A stretch of DNA of 63,889 bases, counting the filler, from Reticulomyxa filosa (Eukaryota; Protista; Foraminifera), in NCBI GenBank assembly GCA_000512085.1. It is 14 parts of 14 records of this genome, joined end to end, with 100 filler letters (N's around TTAATTAATTAA, not from the genome) between each part and the next. Parts side by side here need not be neighbours in the genome. Positions count along the whole stretch, not along the records: positions 1 to 2,645 come from ASPP01028592.1; positions 2,746 to 7,476 come from ASPP01004960.1; positions 7,577 to 14,588 come from ASPP01005510.1; 11 more parts are not named here. One strand, written 5' to 3'. The notes under the pieces are model-generated. The model had not been told where the DNA came from, searched no databases, and saw only the letters and a program-made list of their open reading frames with translations. The position numbers were made by a program, and so were the translations under genes. Of the stretch, positions 1 through 13,841 are shown one piece after another (the first letter of the stretch is position 1; every line of letters begins with the position of its first letter).

Positions 1-171
1 CGATCAAATAAGAATCAATTGTATATGATCAAAGGAGATAATAATGAAGACTTTGGAATAACTTGTCTTAAATTTATTGTATTGGAAAAGAAAGAGAAGA
101 CAAATGATGTCACATATGATTTAAATTTGTGTTATGGTTCAAGCAATGGTCCCATTCGTATTTGGGGATAA
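1..171 (+). CDS. 3' end of a WD40-repeat protein (expanded foraminiferan-type family)
   Basis: Frame 1 reads RSNKNQLYMIKGDNNEDFGITCLKFIVLEKKEKTNDVTYDLNLCYGSSNGPIRIWG*. The LCYGSxxGPIRIWG ending matches my recollection of Reticulomyxa WD-repeat proteins. Cut by the window start. Confidence 0.7.
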   Translation, partial: RSNKNQLYMIKGDNNEDFGITCLKFIVLEKKEKTNDVTYDLNLCYGSSNGPIRIWG

Positions 172-959
172 TTTACTTTTTGTTGAATAAGAAATGAAAG
201 TTTTTTTGAAAAATTTGATTAAAAGAAAAGTAAGTTGATATTAAACTTGTTTGATTTGATTGAATGCAAGCATTAAAAAATATGTTTTATCTTACTTTGC
301 TGTTAAAAAAGTGAAGAAGCTGAGTTCAATGTTTTTTGAAGAATTGAAAATCATAATAAATAAAAATTATATCCAAATATCAAAATAAATTGCAAGATAT
401 TCCAAGTATTGTATTTTTTGTTAGAATCAAACACGATTGTTTTTGTAGTAATTCATGATATATTTCTTTTTGTTTTGAAGAACACGTGATATTTTAAAAT
501 TTGAATCTTTTCAAAAAATATAACAATAGATATAAGAAAGGGAAAAGATATCCTAAATTTGAAAGGCAGACAGTAAAGTGAGTAGAGTCCTTTTGATCAA
601 TAAATGTACTTGAAAAAATATTTTATTCAATTGTGAATTACTGCAGATGGAATATTGACAATGTAAGAATATTATTAAAAACGACAAATATATGACTTTG
701 ATGAAATAATTTTTAAATATGTTAAATTATTTAACGATATAATATTTAACTTAGTCTAAAGCATTTAAAGAAGCAAAAATTCTAATTACATAATGAAAGA
801 ATGCATTTTGATCATGACAACAGAGCTAATAAGTTTTCATTGACATTTCATAAGCATATTTATTATTAAATTAACTTTCAAATATTTTAAATAGTTTTAA
901 TCAATTTTCCTTTTTGAAAACAAAAAACTGGAATTATTCTAAACAAAAACATTATCTAG

Positions 960-2330
960 TTTTTTATGATTACTACAACTGATCTTAGACAGATAGAATT
1001 AAATGAAGCCAATTTGAAACCTCGTTCATTGTGTTCTAATTAGATAATTTCTTCATATCAAATTAAATTTGATGAATAGGATTAAAACATAAAAAATTAA
1101 GGTGTCCCAATTCTTCATTTAATAATTTGCAATTGATAGATAATTGCCGAATATGTGCTTTAAATTGTTGTTTGTTGTTAACAGTAACATTGTTGGGTAT
1201 ATCAAATATAATTTTTTGTGCAGCATAATATCCTTAATCTGGCTTATGCATAAATTGACATTTGTTATCACCAACTCCTCTTAACACATATTTTGAAATA
1301 CGTTGTCCCCAAACATCAGTCACATTTTTATTGATTTATTTTATTTGTAAAGCTTGAGAAATGATCCGCTTTTCACTTTTTTTTAATAACATTGTTGTAT
1401 ATGGATAATTATTTGCTTGCAATGAAATATATGTTTCAAGTACTTGTGACATTGTTATATCTTCTTCTAATTGTTTTCTTGATTTTTCAATATCAATATG
1501 ACACCAATACAATTGCTGGATTCATTTCATCCTTAATATATTTCTTGAAATATTCAAATAAAATTACATAAATAGCTTTTCCTTTGAATTGAATTTACAA
1601 AACTGATCATAAACAAACTTAATCAGCTTTGATTTGATATTATTTTTTGGCATTGATTTATTCTTCATTTATTCATTTTAATTGTGGCGGTTTTCAATAC
1701 TCGAATTTCTGAATGTGATTTGTAACGATTTGAAATTTTTGATTTCTTTTGCATCAGTTCATTCACAGATTATATCACTAATTTTGATCAATGTCCATCA
1801 CTTGCTCATTTTACTTCTTTTTCTTCCATTGATTATTAGATTTTTTTTTCCAGAGCATGATATAGAATAAATGACTTAATTTTGAAGTTTCAGTGACAGT
1901 ATATTTTTACAATGTTGTAAACTTCTTCAATGTTGTTTGCATTTCAGTATACATCATGTCTTGAAAACATATAATTTAATATTATGATTGTTTATTATCT
2001 TTAGATACAATCAAGTTGAATTGTTCTGCCTTTTTCCATATGATTGCAACAATATTAAGTGTTTGATTAAAATTACCCCATAATCTACTTGAATCTTTTT
2101 CCGATGATGTTTCACTTCCTTTTAAACTTGTTGATTTCACAACTGTGATTTTGTATTTTTACATCTCTAACTAAAATCTTAATTTCAATGCTATTCATTC
2201 GTGTTCGCCCTTTCTATCAAATCTTCAATATTTTTAGCATGTTGCCTTATTTTATTTGCTTTCAATTCATATGACGATCCAGATTTGATGGTGTATGAAC
2301 ATTGCATATTTTTGAAATAAATTAATAATC
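960..2330 (-). pseudogene. Decayed coding remnant, family unknown
   Basis: Minus strand gives protein-like stretches (TDVWGQRISKYVLRGVGDNKCQFMHKPD*GYYAAQKIIFDIP; IDIEKSRKQLEEDITMSQVLETY) broken by stops and frameshifts. Confidence 0.3.
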
Positions 2331-2645
2331 ATCAAACACGTTTCTGTTAATATTTTTAATTCATCATACAAGATCTTCCACTAAAGAATAATATGTTTTC
2401 AATGAAGTATCTGTTTTAATTTTTGTATACAAATAGTATTTAAGTTGATTTTTATTAGTCCTAGAATGTTTTTCTTATTGTGGCAATATCAACTAAACAT
2501 AGTTGGATTTGTTATTGTTCTATTCAACACTATTCAGCAATGTACACACAATATGTGTCTATTTTTTTCTCACCTTCTTGCTCATCAATTACGTAATTAC
2601 TTTTTTAAGCGTTCAAAAAAAGGGTTTTCTTTTGCAGTTAACTTC

Positions 2646-2745
2646 NNNNNNNNNNNNNNNNNNNNNNNNNNNNNNNNNNNNNNNNNNNNTTAATTAATTA
2701 ANNNNNNNNNNNNNNNNNNNNNNNNNNNNNNNNNNNNNNNNNNNN
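2646..2745. other. Artificial contig linker (44 N + TTAATTAATTAA + 44 N), first of 13
   Basis: Identical linkers start at 2646, 7477, 14589, 27264, 28520, 33908, 35933, 39822, 43364, 46410, 57574, 60469 and 62613. TTAATTAATTAA gives stops in all six frames. Confidence 0.98.
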
Positions 2746-2775
2746 TTTTTTTTTTTTAAAATGTGAACTCATTAG

Positions 2776-3219
2776 AGCAAGGCAAAACAGAACACCGAAC
2801 AGAAAAAACAACATGCAGCTACTCCTCGTGATAAAAAAAAAAACAAACGAAGCGTGGAAACACCCACTTCTGAAACAGCCTCTCCACTTTCATGTCCAAA
2901 GTCTGATATGACCACTCGCTCGTCTGATCAAAAAAGTTTGGTCGATCCCGATGTGAATTATCTTCAGTTGCGCAAAAATGATATCAAAAATTGGGGGCCT
3001 AAACAAACTGCAGGGTTTGTTGAATATGTTATTGGAACTAGTGAGTTCAATGATGCCTTTATCAAAAATCAAGTTGATGGCATCAGCATCTTTTCATGCA
3101 ACCGAGGGTTTCTTAGTCAAAATATTGGCATGAAAGACCAAATGTTGCAGACAAAACTTCTTGCCGGACTTCGACAGTTGTCTGCCAATGAAAAAAGTGT
3201 TAAGTCCAAACGTCAGTGA
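2776..3219 (+). CDS. Last exon of a SAM-domain protein (5' part missing)
   Basis: Open frame after an AG at 2774-2775. IKNWGPKQTAGFVEYVIGTSEFNDAFIKNQVDGISIF...NIGMKD...KLL fits the SAM pattern W..V..........F....IDG..L......LG. Confidence 0.65.
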   Translation, partial: SKAKQNTEQKKQHAATPRDKKKNKRSVETPTSETASPLSCPKSDMTTRSSDQKSLVDPDVNYLQLRKNDIKNWGPKQTAGFVEYVIGTSEFNDAFIKNQVDGISIFSCNRGFLSQNIGMKDQMLQTKLLAGLRQLSANEKSVKSKRQ

Positions 3220-4315
3220 ATGTTCTTTGCTCACATTTGCTGTTTATTTTTTTTTTTCTTGTTGTATAATTTATTTAGTTGGTTCTTCTGGTCAGTATTG
3301 GAAAGCATAGTGGTGTTATACTTTTTTTCTCTCTTTTTTTTCTCGTGCTCCATTCTTTCGAAGGGAATTTCAATCCCAGCTTAGGAATTAAAATTTGACC
3401 CAAATCATTTATTTGCCAATTTTCATTTTTCATTAACTTTACAAACTCTTTTGAACCAAAGTGATAAAGAGATAATTTTTGCTCTATTCTCAAAATAATT
3501 GTTTAAAAATTGTATTAAGAAAAATAATATCATCCCTCGAAATGCAAGAATGCAATTTCTTTTAAGTTGAGAGCTTCAAAAGTTCAAAGGTTCTTAAAAA
3601 AACTTGTTAAAAATTCTTCAATATGGTTAGTTGTTAAACTACATTGTGTGATCATATTGTTGATATGTTGCTGTTGGAAATTTGTTGACATAATTACGAC
3701 AGTTACAAAGTTAATTTTTTTTTCTACTTTTCAAAGTTTGCGTTTAACCAACTGCTAGGTTTTGTTTAAGAAAGTTTTTTTTGTTGTGTGAACAGTAAAC
3801 AAATCTTGGGACGATATTGTGTAGTATACTAACTATAATGTGACAGACACCGAAATGTTTGATATAGCTGCTACTATTTTGAGTAATTTTTGATAGAAAA
3901 AAAAATTAAACATAAGAAAAGATAACCAAAAGCAACAAATGAAACAAAAGAAAATGACACAAGTAAAAAGTAAGTTTTAGTGAAAAATGAATTCAACGTT
4001 ACAAACAGAACTTGACTTAATAGTTAGTGGTGACTTGCATGAAAAAATTTTTAGAAAAACATTGATAAAGAAATTGATTTAAAAAATACAAATTTTCATT
4101 TGCGTTATATCTTGATGCAAAAAATGATAAAGAGTATGTTATACGAAATCAGTTGAATATAAAAAAAAGAAGATAGAGATAAACATTTGTTGAAAAGATG
4201 CAGTTTTATTTCAATGTATTTCAACAAAGGATTGCTTCCAAAAGAATTACAATCGAAAAAAGAACAACAAACCAACTCCACAAAGACAACCAAAAAAAAT
4301 TTTTTTTGAATTCGA

Positions 4316-7300
4316 CTAACGAATGGTGAATGAATCCAGCGCAGAAGGAAATTCAGATGCGGATGAATCATCTTCAACAAACAACCAACAAAGTATGAAT
4401 AAATTGGGTTACAATGAAATACAATATATTGACTAAACTGGACGAAGCAGGAAAAATATTCCAGAAGCGTAATGTTTCATCTCCGGCCCCAGTAACAATA
4501 GTTTGTCCATCAGGCGATCCAGAAAGGTACAAGACGCGTGTAGTGTGCCCAGTAAGTGTGACCAACTAAAAACAAATAAAAGTTTAAAAAAAATAAAAAA
4601 TAAAAAAAAATGAAATAAATAAAAGTAACTTTTTTCATGCATGGATAGGACCACACAACAATTTGATTAAGAGAATAGCCATGAGTTGAAACAATTTCGT
4701 TTACATTCTTACTCCACAATAGGTTACACACTTGACTTCCAGTGTCGATATTATGGATTGGTGTCATTTGCGGAGGTTTATTTTGAAGCTGGGGGATATT
4801 ACCTTCGAAATTATATTCAGCTCGGTCATTAGTGGAATCGAAATGATTGTACCCATCGATATGATTGACATTCCAAAATTTGATACTTCGGTCGGCAGTT
4901 CCTCCGCCGGTGGTAATGATCCCATGTTCATGAGGAGACCACGATATGGCTTTGACTGCAGCTTTGTGTTTGCCAAAGGTGTAGGGTTGATTACTTTTGC
5001 GCGTATCCCACACTATTAATTTGTTATCATTTCCTCCAGAAGCTAAAAATTTGTCATCGTAACTCCATTTCAGCCCACACACTTCTTGTTTATGATATCG
5101 CAGTTCGTGGATAATGTCTCGCTGGTGCGTAGGAGAGATACGTATATCATGCACAAAGATATTACGATCACGACTTCCACTACACAAAATGTGAGGGTTG
5201 CGCCATTCAACAACTCCCACACGATGTCCATGTGAACTCAAACGATGTGATAAACGGTATTTTGCTGTATCATAGATCAATATATGACCAGCGCCAGTTC
5301 CAATACCCATTGAACTGCCCTGACAATTTTTTTTATTTTTATTTTTATTTTTACAATTTAAAAAAGAAATAGAAATGCATACACAAATTCAATGTTTCTC
5401 ATAAAAATACAAAACTTTTCGATTCCATGCAACACTGCATACCAAATCTTCATCTTGTTTTTTTTGATGGGAAGATACATTTCCGCAAATAGCATGACCA
5501 CTCAAGTCCACTAGTTTTGTCACTTTGCTTGTAAATGCACTCCACAGATATACGCACTCTCTCAGTCCCACTGCCAATATATTTTGTGATGACCAATCCA
5601 CTAGATTCAAATAAAAGTCATCGTACAATTGCGGAGCGTCCAACACTTTAAAGGGCGACTTGGCAATACTCCGCGTTTTCTTTGGTTTTGTCAACAAAGC
5701 AGCCTGAGAAGACACTTTAATGGGCGTAATACTGTAACTGATTTCATCGACCACATTTTCATTGTTGACATCACTATTAAAAAAAAAACCACAATTATAA
5801 ATCCATGTTTTTTGCTTTGGACTGAATGAACACCCTTCCAGCAAAACCTTTGTTTTTTTTTGCAAACTTGAGTGGATGAGGATGTAAGATTCGCCTAAAT
5901 TTCAACGTTCTTGATGGAGATTTCAGGAAATCGTAACTCAAATTGGAAGTGATTTGGTCACAGCAGCATTCTAGGTGCAACCCGTCTTGCGCATTTCCTG
6001 TGGTGTCCACAGGACCATTAGTCGGAGTGACACTGGTATCATCGCTGCTGTTACTTCCGTCGTTTGTATTAGTTCTGCTCTCTTTGGTGAGTTTTCTGCG
6101 CAAGATATTTTGAATAGGAAGATACGACCGGATATTATAGCAAGGACAGTTGGGATGATGAAATCGAAAATGTAAAGCAGTTTCATTGGGAGTGAGATTG
6201 GTATTATCATTAGTTGCACTGTTATCATTACTATTATTGTTGCTGTTGTTGTTATTAGTATTGTTATTATTTGTGCTATTGTTATGATTATTATCGTTAT
6301 TGTTATTGTTATTATTGCTGTTGTTGTTGTTGTTATTGGTATCGCGAGTAGGACTAGTTATCACATCGATCATTTCCATACCCATTCCATGCGAACTCGT
6401 AAGATTGCCAGAAGAAAAACTTGGGTCAAGTGTCATGTTTGCCATGACCACGGACAGTGATTGGATCGAACTGTGGTCGTAACGCGACGAAGCAAAGCCC
6501 AATGGATCAATATTTTCTTCGTCGGCTATTTTGAAGGCCGTGGTCGCTTCGCTAGTGCCGAGTAGCTCCGCTTGCAACAAGTGTGTATACGTGCGATGCG
6601 CTTGCTGTTGCGACGCTATTAGTTGCGGCGATACGAGATTGTCATCGCACTGTTGAGTGGAGTTATTTGTCGGCGAGTTGTTATTCACAGAGGAGCCTAT
6701 CGCATTGCACTTTGAAGCGTTGTTATCTGTCCATTTCGTCTTTAAACGTTGTTGAGGAGATTTTATTAAAAATGACTCGTACATATTTAAATTGCAATCA
6801 AAGCGTTCTGGAACAAATCTTATTTTTTTAAAATTGTGTTTATGTTTTTTTTTCTCTTCTGTGTTACTCTCTAACTTGCACTTTTTGCATCATGCACCAC
6901 AAACAAAAAGGTATATATGTATATGTATACGTGCAAAAAAAAAAAAAGCCAATACCTGTCTCCAACAATAGCCCTTGGCTCCGAAAACGGATGCTTATGG
7001 AAGGTGGAAGAAATAGGCCCACTGTTCAATTGCTTTTGGAACTCTTTGTCACGCATTCGTCCGTTTGTGCGCAAAGGACTTTTGAAGCAACTGATTTCGT
7101 CGCACGTTTTTTTGACGACGCAAGTGTTTTTATGTCGACGGGGGGATGTGAGTCTTTCGGAGTACTTGCAAGACAGTAGGCTATTGGTGAAAGGCGAGTG
7201 GATGGGCGAGAGTAGTCCATATGTCTTTGTCTTGCTTTGGTACCGAGACACATCGCCACAGCTATGCGTTAGTCGTTCGCTGTCCTCCTTACAAACGCCT

Positions 7301-7428
7301 TTGTTGCCACTATCCGAAAACATGTGCTTCGCTTGCGGGGGGCTTTCGAATACTTTGTCTTTGTTTAAATCGATCGTCGCAAGCTGCTTCCCTGCTCTTT
7401 TTTCAGGGGCTATTGTATTTATTAACAT
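4316..7428 (-). CDS. FZR1: APC/C co-activator Cdh1 / fizzy-related (WD40), 6 exons, possibly 5'-partial
   Basis: Introns 6819-6955, 5774-5867, 5320-5415, 4566-4629 and 4372-4438. Splicing restores the C-box GDRFVPER and the C-terminal IR tail (DSFTIR*). Motifs [55 protein letters not shown] and GDETLRFWN favour Cdh1 over Cdc20. Confidence 0.9.
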
Positions 7429-7595
7429 TCAATTTTTTTTTTTTTTTTGTAAACGGTATGTCCGAGTTAGTCGTTTNNNNNNNNNNNNNNNNNNNNNNNN
7501 NNNNNNNNNNNNNNNNNNNNTTAATTAATTAANNNNNNNNNNNNNNNNNNNNNNNNNNNNNNNNNNNNNNNNNNNNTTTTTTTTTTTTCAATTGC

Positions 7596-7967
7596 ATGTA
7601 CGAGGCAAAGTACAGGGAATTTTTTTTTTTTAATGCCCTCTTGGCACCTACAATAAACAATTTAGACGAAAAAGTGGAAATACTTGGAAATGAATTGTCT
7701 GGCTTGCCATCCTCGCAAATCTTAGTTGAACTGCAAATACTGATGGATGCAGATGCATTGGCTTTTTTTGCTTATACAATTGTTGAATTTGTTCGCTTTA
7801 AGGCCACGACCAACACCTCGGAGTGGATTTGGACAAGGATTTTCACCAATGTTGTGAGGTTGAGGCCAGAACTGAGGCGACAAGCTGTACAGCATATGGA
7901 ATCGATGGATCCAGAGTTGCATAAATTGATGGGATTTGACAAAAAGTCTTTGGAACCACATTTGTAA
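7596..7967 (+). CDS. Terminal exon of a hypothetical helical protein (5' missing)
   Basis: Coding-like frame at a contig start; no recognisable motif. Confidence 0.4.
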   Translation: MYEAKYREFFFFNALLAPTINNLDEKVEILGNELSGLPSSQILVELQILMDADALAFFAYTIVEFVRFKATTNTSEWIWTRIFTNVVRLRPELRRQAVQHMESMDPELHKLMGFDKKSLEPHL

Positions 7968-8483
7968 TTTTTTTCATAGTTGTTTATTTTTTTTTTTTTT
8001 GTTTCAAAAACGAATAATTCCGCATATTTTATTGAAAAAATTTGCGAAAGGCTCTAAAATCAAATTAACTCAAATCATTTTTTTCCAATGCTTCAGTTGT
8101 GTTTTTGGTGAAGGGCTAGTTGAAAATAAAAAAACAAAAATAAAAAATTCAGGCTTGCTCAAAGAAAATGTAAAAGCTGGACATTTTTGAACAGTCCGTG
8201 CAAAGATTAGAATATTGTGTCACGTGACCTGATAATTAGAGACAGAATGCTTTCTTAGATAAAATTATATATTGTAGAAAGTTTGGATAGTGTTATTTGC
8301 AATGTCGCTAAACTTAGTAAAAGAAACTTAGTAAAAGAATTAAAAGAGCAATGTTGTAGTTTCTACTTATTGTAAGATTGCTTGATGTTGAAATTCATGC
8401 CTTAATTTAGGAGCAATAAAAATTGCCTGCACTAACATGAAATGAAAAAAACGATTCTTTTAAAAATCATTTAAACAATAAAG

Positions 8484-10794
8484 CTAAAAAATCAATCGCA
8501 TAACAGTTGATTTCCATGGGACGTTCCATGGAGGATAAATTAGAGGCATTTCCATAAGTGATTTAACCACTGGTTTTTTATGAGTGAATGAATCAAAAGA
8601 GTGTTTACCATGATAAGCCCCTACTCCTGATTCGCCAACTCCACCAAATCCAATCCCTCCATGTCCAGCATAAACAATAGTTCCATTCACTTGGATTGCG
8701 CCTGTTGTTTGTGTGAATCAAGCAAAGTTACAACAGATGATAACAATAGGAAAAAGAAAACATACCAGATGAAGTGTTGTGAATGACATAATTCTTATTG
8801 AAATTATCGTTCGAGAAAAGATATAACGACAATGGTTTGGCACGGCTAAATAGTAGTTGGTTTTGAAATGATTTACAACACAAGACAGAAGCAAAATGGG
8901 GTAAATTAAAAACTTGGGATAACAAAGAGCAGGTTTTTTTTTGTTTTTGTTTTTTTTTTTTTTTTTTGAATTTCAAGTGCATACCTGTTAATGTACTCGA
9001 CAGCAATTTTGATATCGTCTACGGACACAACCCACACAATAGGTCCAAAAGTTTCTTGCTCCAAGCCGGGATCACTCAAGTCGCATCGAACAATAGTTGG
9101 TTGGAATTTTCTGGTTTTGGAATCACACTTGCCTCCAGAAATGACTTTTCCTTTGGACGAGTCCAACATATTTTTAACTCGTTCAAATTGCACATCATTT
9201 ACCAACTTGCATTGATTTGTATCTTCAACATAATCCTCTGAGAAAAACTTTTCCGCATAAAGTTTCAACCTGTTTGCCACATTCAACGACATCACATCAA
9301 CTTAGTGAGACGAATAAAAATGGATAAAAAAAAACACATGTAAGAAAGAGTGTTTTAAGGGAGAAAGGAGGGGGGGGAGAAGGGGGGAGAGGAGAAAAAA
9401 AAAACAAGATAATATACATATGTTTATATGTCAAGTGTATAAACTATAAACACACAAAGTACAAAACTGTTCAGTTAGTTCATCGACGGCCTTTTTCTCA
9501 CATAAAATGTAATCGGGTGAAATACATTGTTGTCCACAATTGATGACACGCGCATACATGATTTGTTTGGCGGCTAAAGCAAGATTAGCAGTGCTGTCCA
9601 CAATGACAGGATTTTTCCCGCCCAATTCCAGTATCACAGGTGTCAAAAACTTTGCGGCTTGAGACATTACATATCTTCCTCCATTGGTTGAGCCAGTGAA
9701 AAATATCAAGTCAAACTTGTTTTGAAGGATTTGATGCGTACATTCACGATCGTCTGGAATGCCATCCGGAGTGCCAATTACTTGGACAAAGTACGGACTC
9801 ATATATTTGTGCAGCAAATCGCCCATTAATTTTGACACTGTTGGGACAGTGTTGCAAGGTTTGACAATGACATTGTTGCCCTTTTTTTTTTTTTTTTTTT
9901 TTAACAATAATAAAAATTTGTGTTTTTGATTCATTTATCAATTTTTTATTTTATTTGTTTATACGTATATAAATACTTAATCATACAAATGTATACAATT
10001 AAGTATTTTTAAGTAACTGCAGCAATTGCTCCAATTAGTGGCATAAGAATCAAACCAACGGGAAAATTCCAAATGCCATTGATAAACACTGTTCCATAGG
10101 GCTCCTTGTATAGGTAATCCACCGAGGGAAATGTCAAAAGCGACACACCTACACACATACACATTGTCTTGTGTGCTCACGTATATACGCACTCAACTAC
10201 TCAAACAACAGCACACAAAAAAAAAAAAAAACAAACAACAAAAAACACATACACACAAAAACAAAACTGATACGGTCTGGTGCAGCCCATTTTTCCAAGT
10301 TTTTAATATGCTTTTTAATGTCTGCTTTTGTCGGCAAAATATCGTAACAAAGGCTCATAAATTCTCCTCGACCCAAATCCTTTTCAATTGCTTGAATTAT
10401 CACTTTCTCATTTTCATCCAATAGTCTCAACAAGTTTGCCAACTGGTCCTTTCGTCCACTTAACGGCCTTGTCACGTTTGAACGAAACACCTTTCGCATT
10501 TCCGCTACACAGTCATTTATGTTCTCTAACTTTATCTCGGATGGATGCAAACTCACATATTTTAAATCTTCAATGTAATTCTTTTTCAATGGCACATATT
10601 CATCTTGTTGAGCGGGTTGAAACCATTTGTAGACTAAGTACAAGCCCTTAAGTTTTTTGTGGTTTACTAGTTTTGATTTTGAAGTTACAAAATGGTACAA
10701 CTGACAAAAAAAAAAGTCGACTAAAAACACGTACAAAGATTACGAAAGCTCCAACAAAAATGGATTGATTGCAGCAATCAGAGAAAAGCCCCAT
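8484..10794 (-). CDS. Aldehyde dehydrogenase, ALDH3 / fatty-aldehyde dehydrogenase class, multi-exon
   Basis: FFTGS (NAD binding), ILELGGKNP (catalytic Glu), [11 protein letters not shown] (catalytic Cys), [14 protein letters not shown] and [30 protein letters not shown] at 10794; introns include 10647-10743 and 9881-10017. Confidence 0.92.
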
Positions 10795-11237
10795 ATTATT
10801 CTTAATGAATCAACAGAAGGAAAATATACGTTTGGTTTTCCAACTTGGTAAACAAAAAAGTGCCAACAGTAGTTAAGAGGCTTTTGCTTAACAAGAAACT
10901 AAAAAGACTTTATTATGTGCCGCTTTCTATAATATTTCTTTGTAACTTGCTTTGCTTCATGTCACTGTTTCAATTCAGCAAGATATATAGTGTCACTTGT
11001 GAGCAAAAATATCGACCAAATAGACACTCCATAAACACAAATGGTTTAACAAAAATTTCACCATTAAATAAATCTGTGCCGCTTACCTCACTGGCTTGAT
11101 TATTATGTATTCATTAAAATAGAGTTTACTTTTTATTTTAAGTCTACAGAAATGGTTGTCAGCGTGTTTCAAGACTCGTGAGGAGACAAAGACTAAAACT
11201 TTTGAAAATCTTTTGGAGGCACTTTTTTTAAAAAAAA

Positions 11238-12920
11238 ATGGGCAACACAAACTCTTCAGCTGTGTTTGAAACGAAGTGTAAGTTGTCAAAATCTCTCCAG
11301 CACGCTCAATGTATAGTGTATGGAAAAGAAATATTAATTTGCGGAGGCTACAACGAAAGGAAGTGTTTTTCGTATAATACAGAGACGGATGATTATCAGT
11401 TCATCTGTGAGTATCCCGAAGAGGTAACCTTATGGGGTCATTGTGTGGTCATGCAAAGGATGAACAACAGTAATACAGATGTGATGCTTTTGTCGTTTGG
11501 GGGACAAGGTAAAAACGAGCCCAAGTGTACGTTGATGATGAGATATGTAAGTGTGTGGAATGATAAAGTAGTGAAAAGGCCTTTCGTAAACAAATGGTTT
11601 CCATTAACGCATAAACAAGATTTTGTGACGATAGGAAAAGATGAAGACGATTTTCGCGGAGTACGCGGAATAGTAGGTGGAGAGAATCGGAGTTTGTTAT
11701 TCATCACTTACGCCAATAAGATTGACGTGTTTAGTTTGAAAATGTGCAAAACCTTGCAAAGTGCCATCATTCCAAATGAGTACGTTAACAGCAGATTGAG
11801 TTTCCATTGCTTTGTATTATTGCCACCAAAAGATAATGAACCTGCAACACAAAACGTCAACATGCTGTTGGTTTGTCGAAATTTTGGAGTCAATATTCAG
11901 TATGATGAAAAAAACGAAAACTTTCTATTCCAATCGTTAGGCAGAGTGTTGGAAGATATGAAGGCACTTAATAGTTATGCGTATGTTCATGTGCGCAATG
12001 AACAAAAAAATGAAGATATCCTCTTATTGCTCGGAGGATACGATAATATAACCGATGCATGCACCAACCAGGTTTTTCGCTATTTCATCAAACCGAAAAG
12101 GTGGCAAAGTTGCAAGTACAGCTTACCCCTTAACTTAGCCGCAAGCACGGCCGTGTATTGTAAGCCAAATGTATACATCATAGGTGGTAACAATGGTTAT
12201 GACCTTGTCTCTCATCTTGTCACTGTCCACAGCGACAAGCTAGTCCAGGAGACCAAAGAAGAAAAAGAGGAGAGAGTTATAATATACACATATATGTGTA
12301 CATATACATACATGTATAGATGTGTATATGTATATAATACATTACTTTGGAGTAACGTATACATATACTACACAAAAAAAAAAGATATTATGTATGTATC
12401 AACAAAAAAAAAAAAGGAAAAGACAAACAATAGAAATGAGTCAAAAATGGTGGAGCAGCCTAAAAGAATCAGAACAAAAAGAGCTGGTTAAAATGGAGCC
12501 AGCGAATGTGAAAGCTTATTGAAAGGGCATTTCAGTGGCATCAGCACTGATGAGTTGGAGGGAAAGAGAATGATAATTATGCTCCGTAAACAGAATGATA
12601 CAGCAGTACATTTTTTTTATTTTATTTTTAATGTCATCTTTTAAGAATCTTTTCATACGTATACACATAAAAAAAAAAAAAAAAACGTATACACTTTTTT
12701 TTTTTTTTTGTTAGGGAGAACCGAGTGAAAGCAGAGGCGGTACCAAAGTTAGGATGTGTTGACACCTCCGACACTACACCCATTTGTAAGGAAAAGTATT
12801 TTGTTTGTTTGATGCAAATGTAAATTAGATTATCTGCCATGATAATAAAGTGAATCCTGAAATGCATCTCGAAGTTGAAGATGGGATACTCTTCTCTGAG
12901 CCCAATTGTGAAGACTAGTG
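11238..12920 (+). CDS. Kelch-like beta-propeller protein (expanded family); 3' exons uncertain
   Basis: AQC...EILICGG...C(F/Y)SY...YQFICEYP...L.GHCV, LLSFGG, LLLLGG and YIIGG Kelch-like blades. Long first exon to about 12276. Confidence 0.8.
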
Positions 12921-13841
12921 ACCGATTCCCGGATTAATGTAACCTATTTTGTCAAATTTAAAAACAAACAAAAAACAACTGATTTTCGGTGACTCTTTTT
13001 TTTTAGTGCTTGTTGCTTATCTTGTCTTGATCATGTTCAATCCCTATCAACTCGTTTTATAAATAAGATAATAATGATGGCTTGGCTTTCTTGTGTTTCT
13101 TATTTCCAATGTTTTACATGCTTCAAAATATACTATGGTATCTCTTGTGAACAATATACATTGCTATTGCTCACTATTTTGTTTTGTTTTGTCTTTTTCA
13201 AATGCGAATTTGCAAACAACTTAGTGAAATATTCTGTAGTTCTTTGTATTGTTGTCATTTTTCTTTATGGCCACTTTTTATTGCATTAATCATCTTTGAA
13301 GGCATGCGTAAACCATATTTATAAAATATGGACATCCACCAGGGTGATGGAAAACATGTCTACCAATTCAGACAAGTGAGCAGTATACAATAGATCGTTT
13401 TACATTCGCAGTTACAGATACGTATACCTGCACGTACTATTGCAAGAAAAATCAATCCGTTTGCCAACCCTGGAATTGTTAGTGTAGTGTTTTAGAATTT
13501 AACAGTATTAATATGTGAGTGAAAACTGGCAAGATTATTTCGAAAAACGCCAAAAAGCTTTGGAGACTGTGTATCTTCTTAAACTTGTATTTGTTTAAAA
13601 AAACAATTTTTTAAATATTTACCAAAAAAAAATTTTCAAAAAGAAAAAGCAACAATCGCAAATTGAGGCGTCCAACTACAGCCATTTGAAATTCTAACTG
13701 TTTGAATTGTGCACTAGGGACATCACTCTCCAAAAGTGAAGCACTATTGTTTAGTAGAGAAAACGCGCAATCGTTTGTTGTTAAAAACCCCGGACGGGCA
13801 ATTAAAAAAAAGACTTGAATTGAAGTAACATTATTACTACT

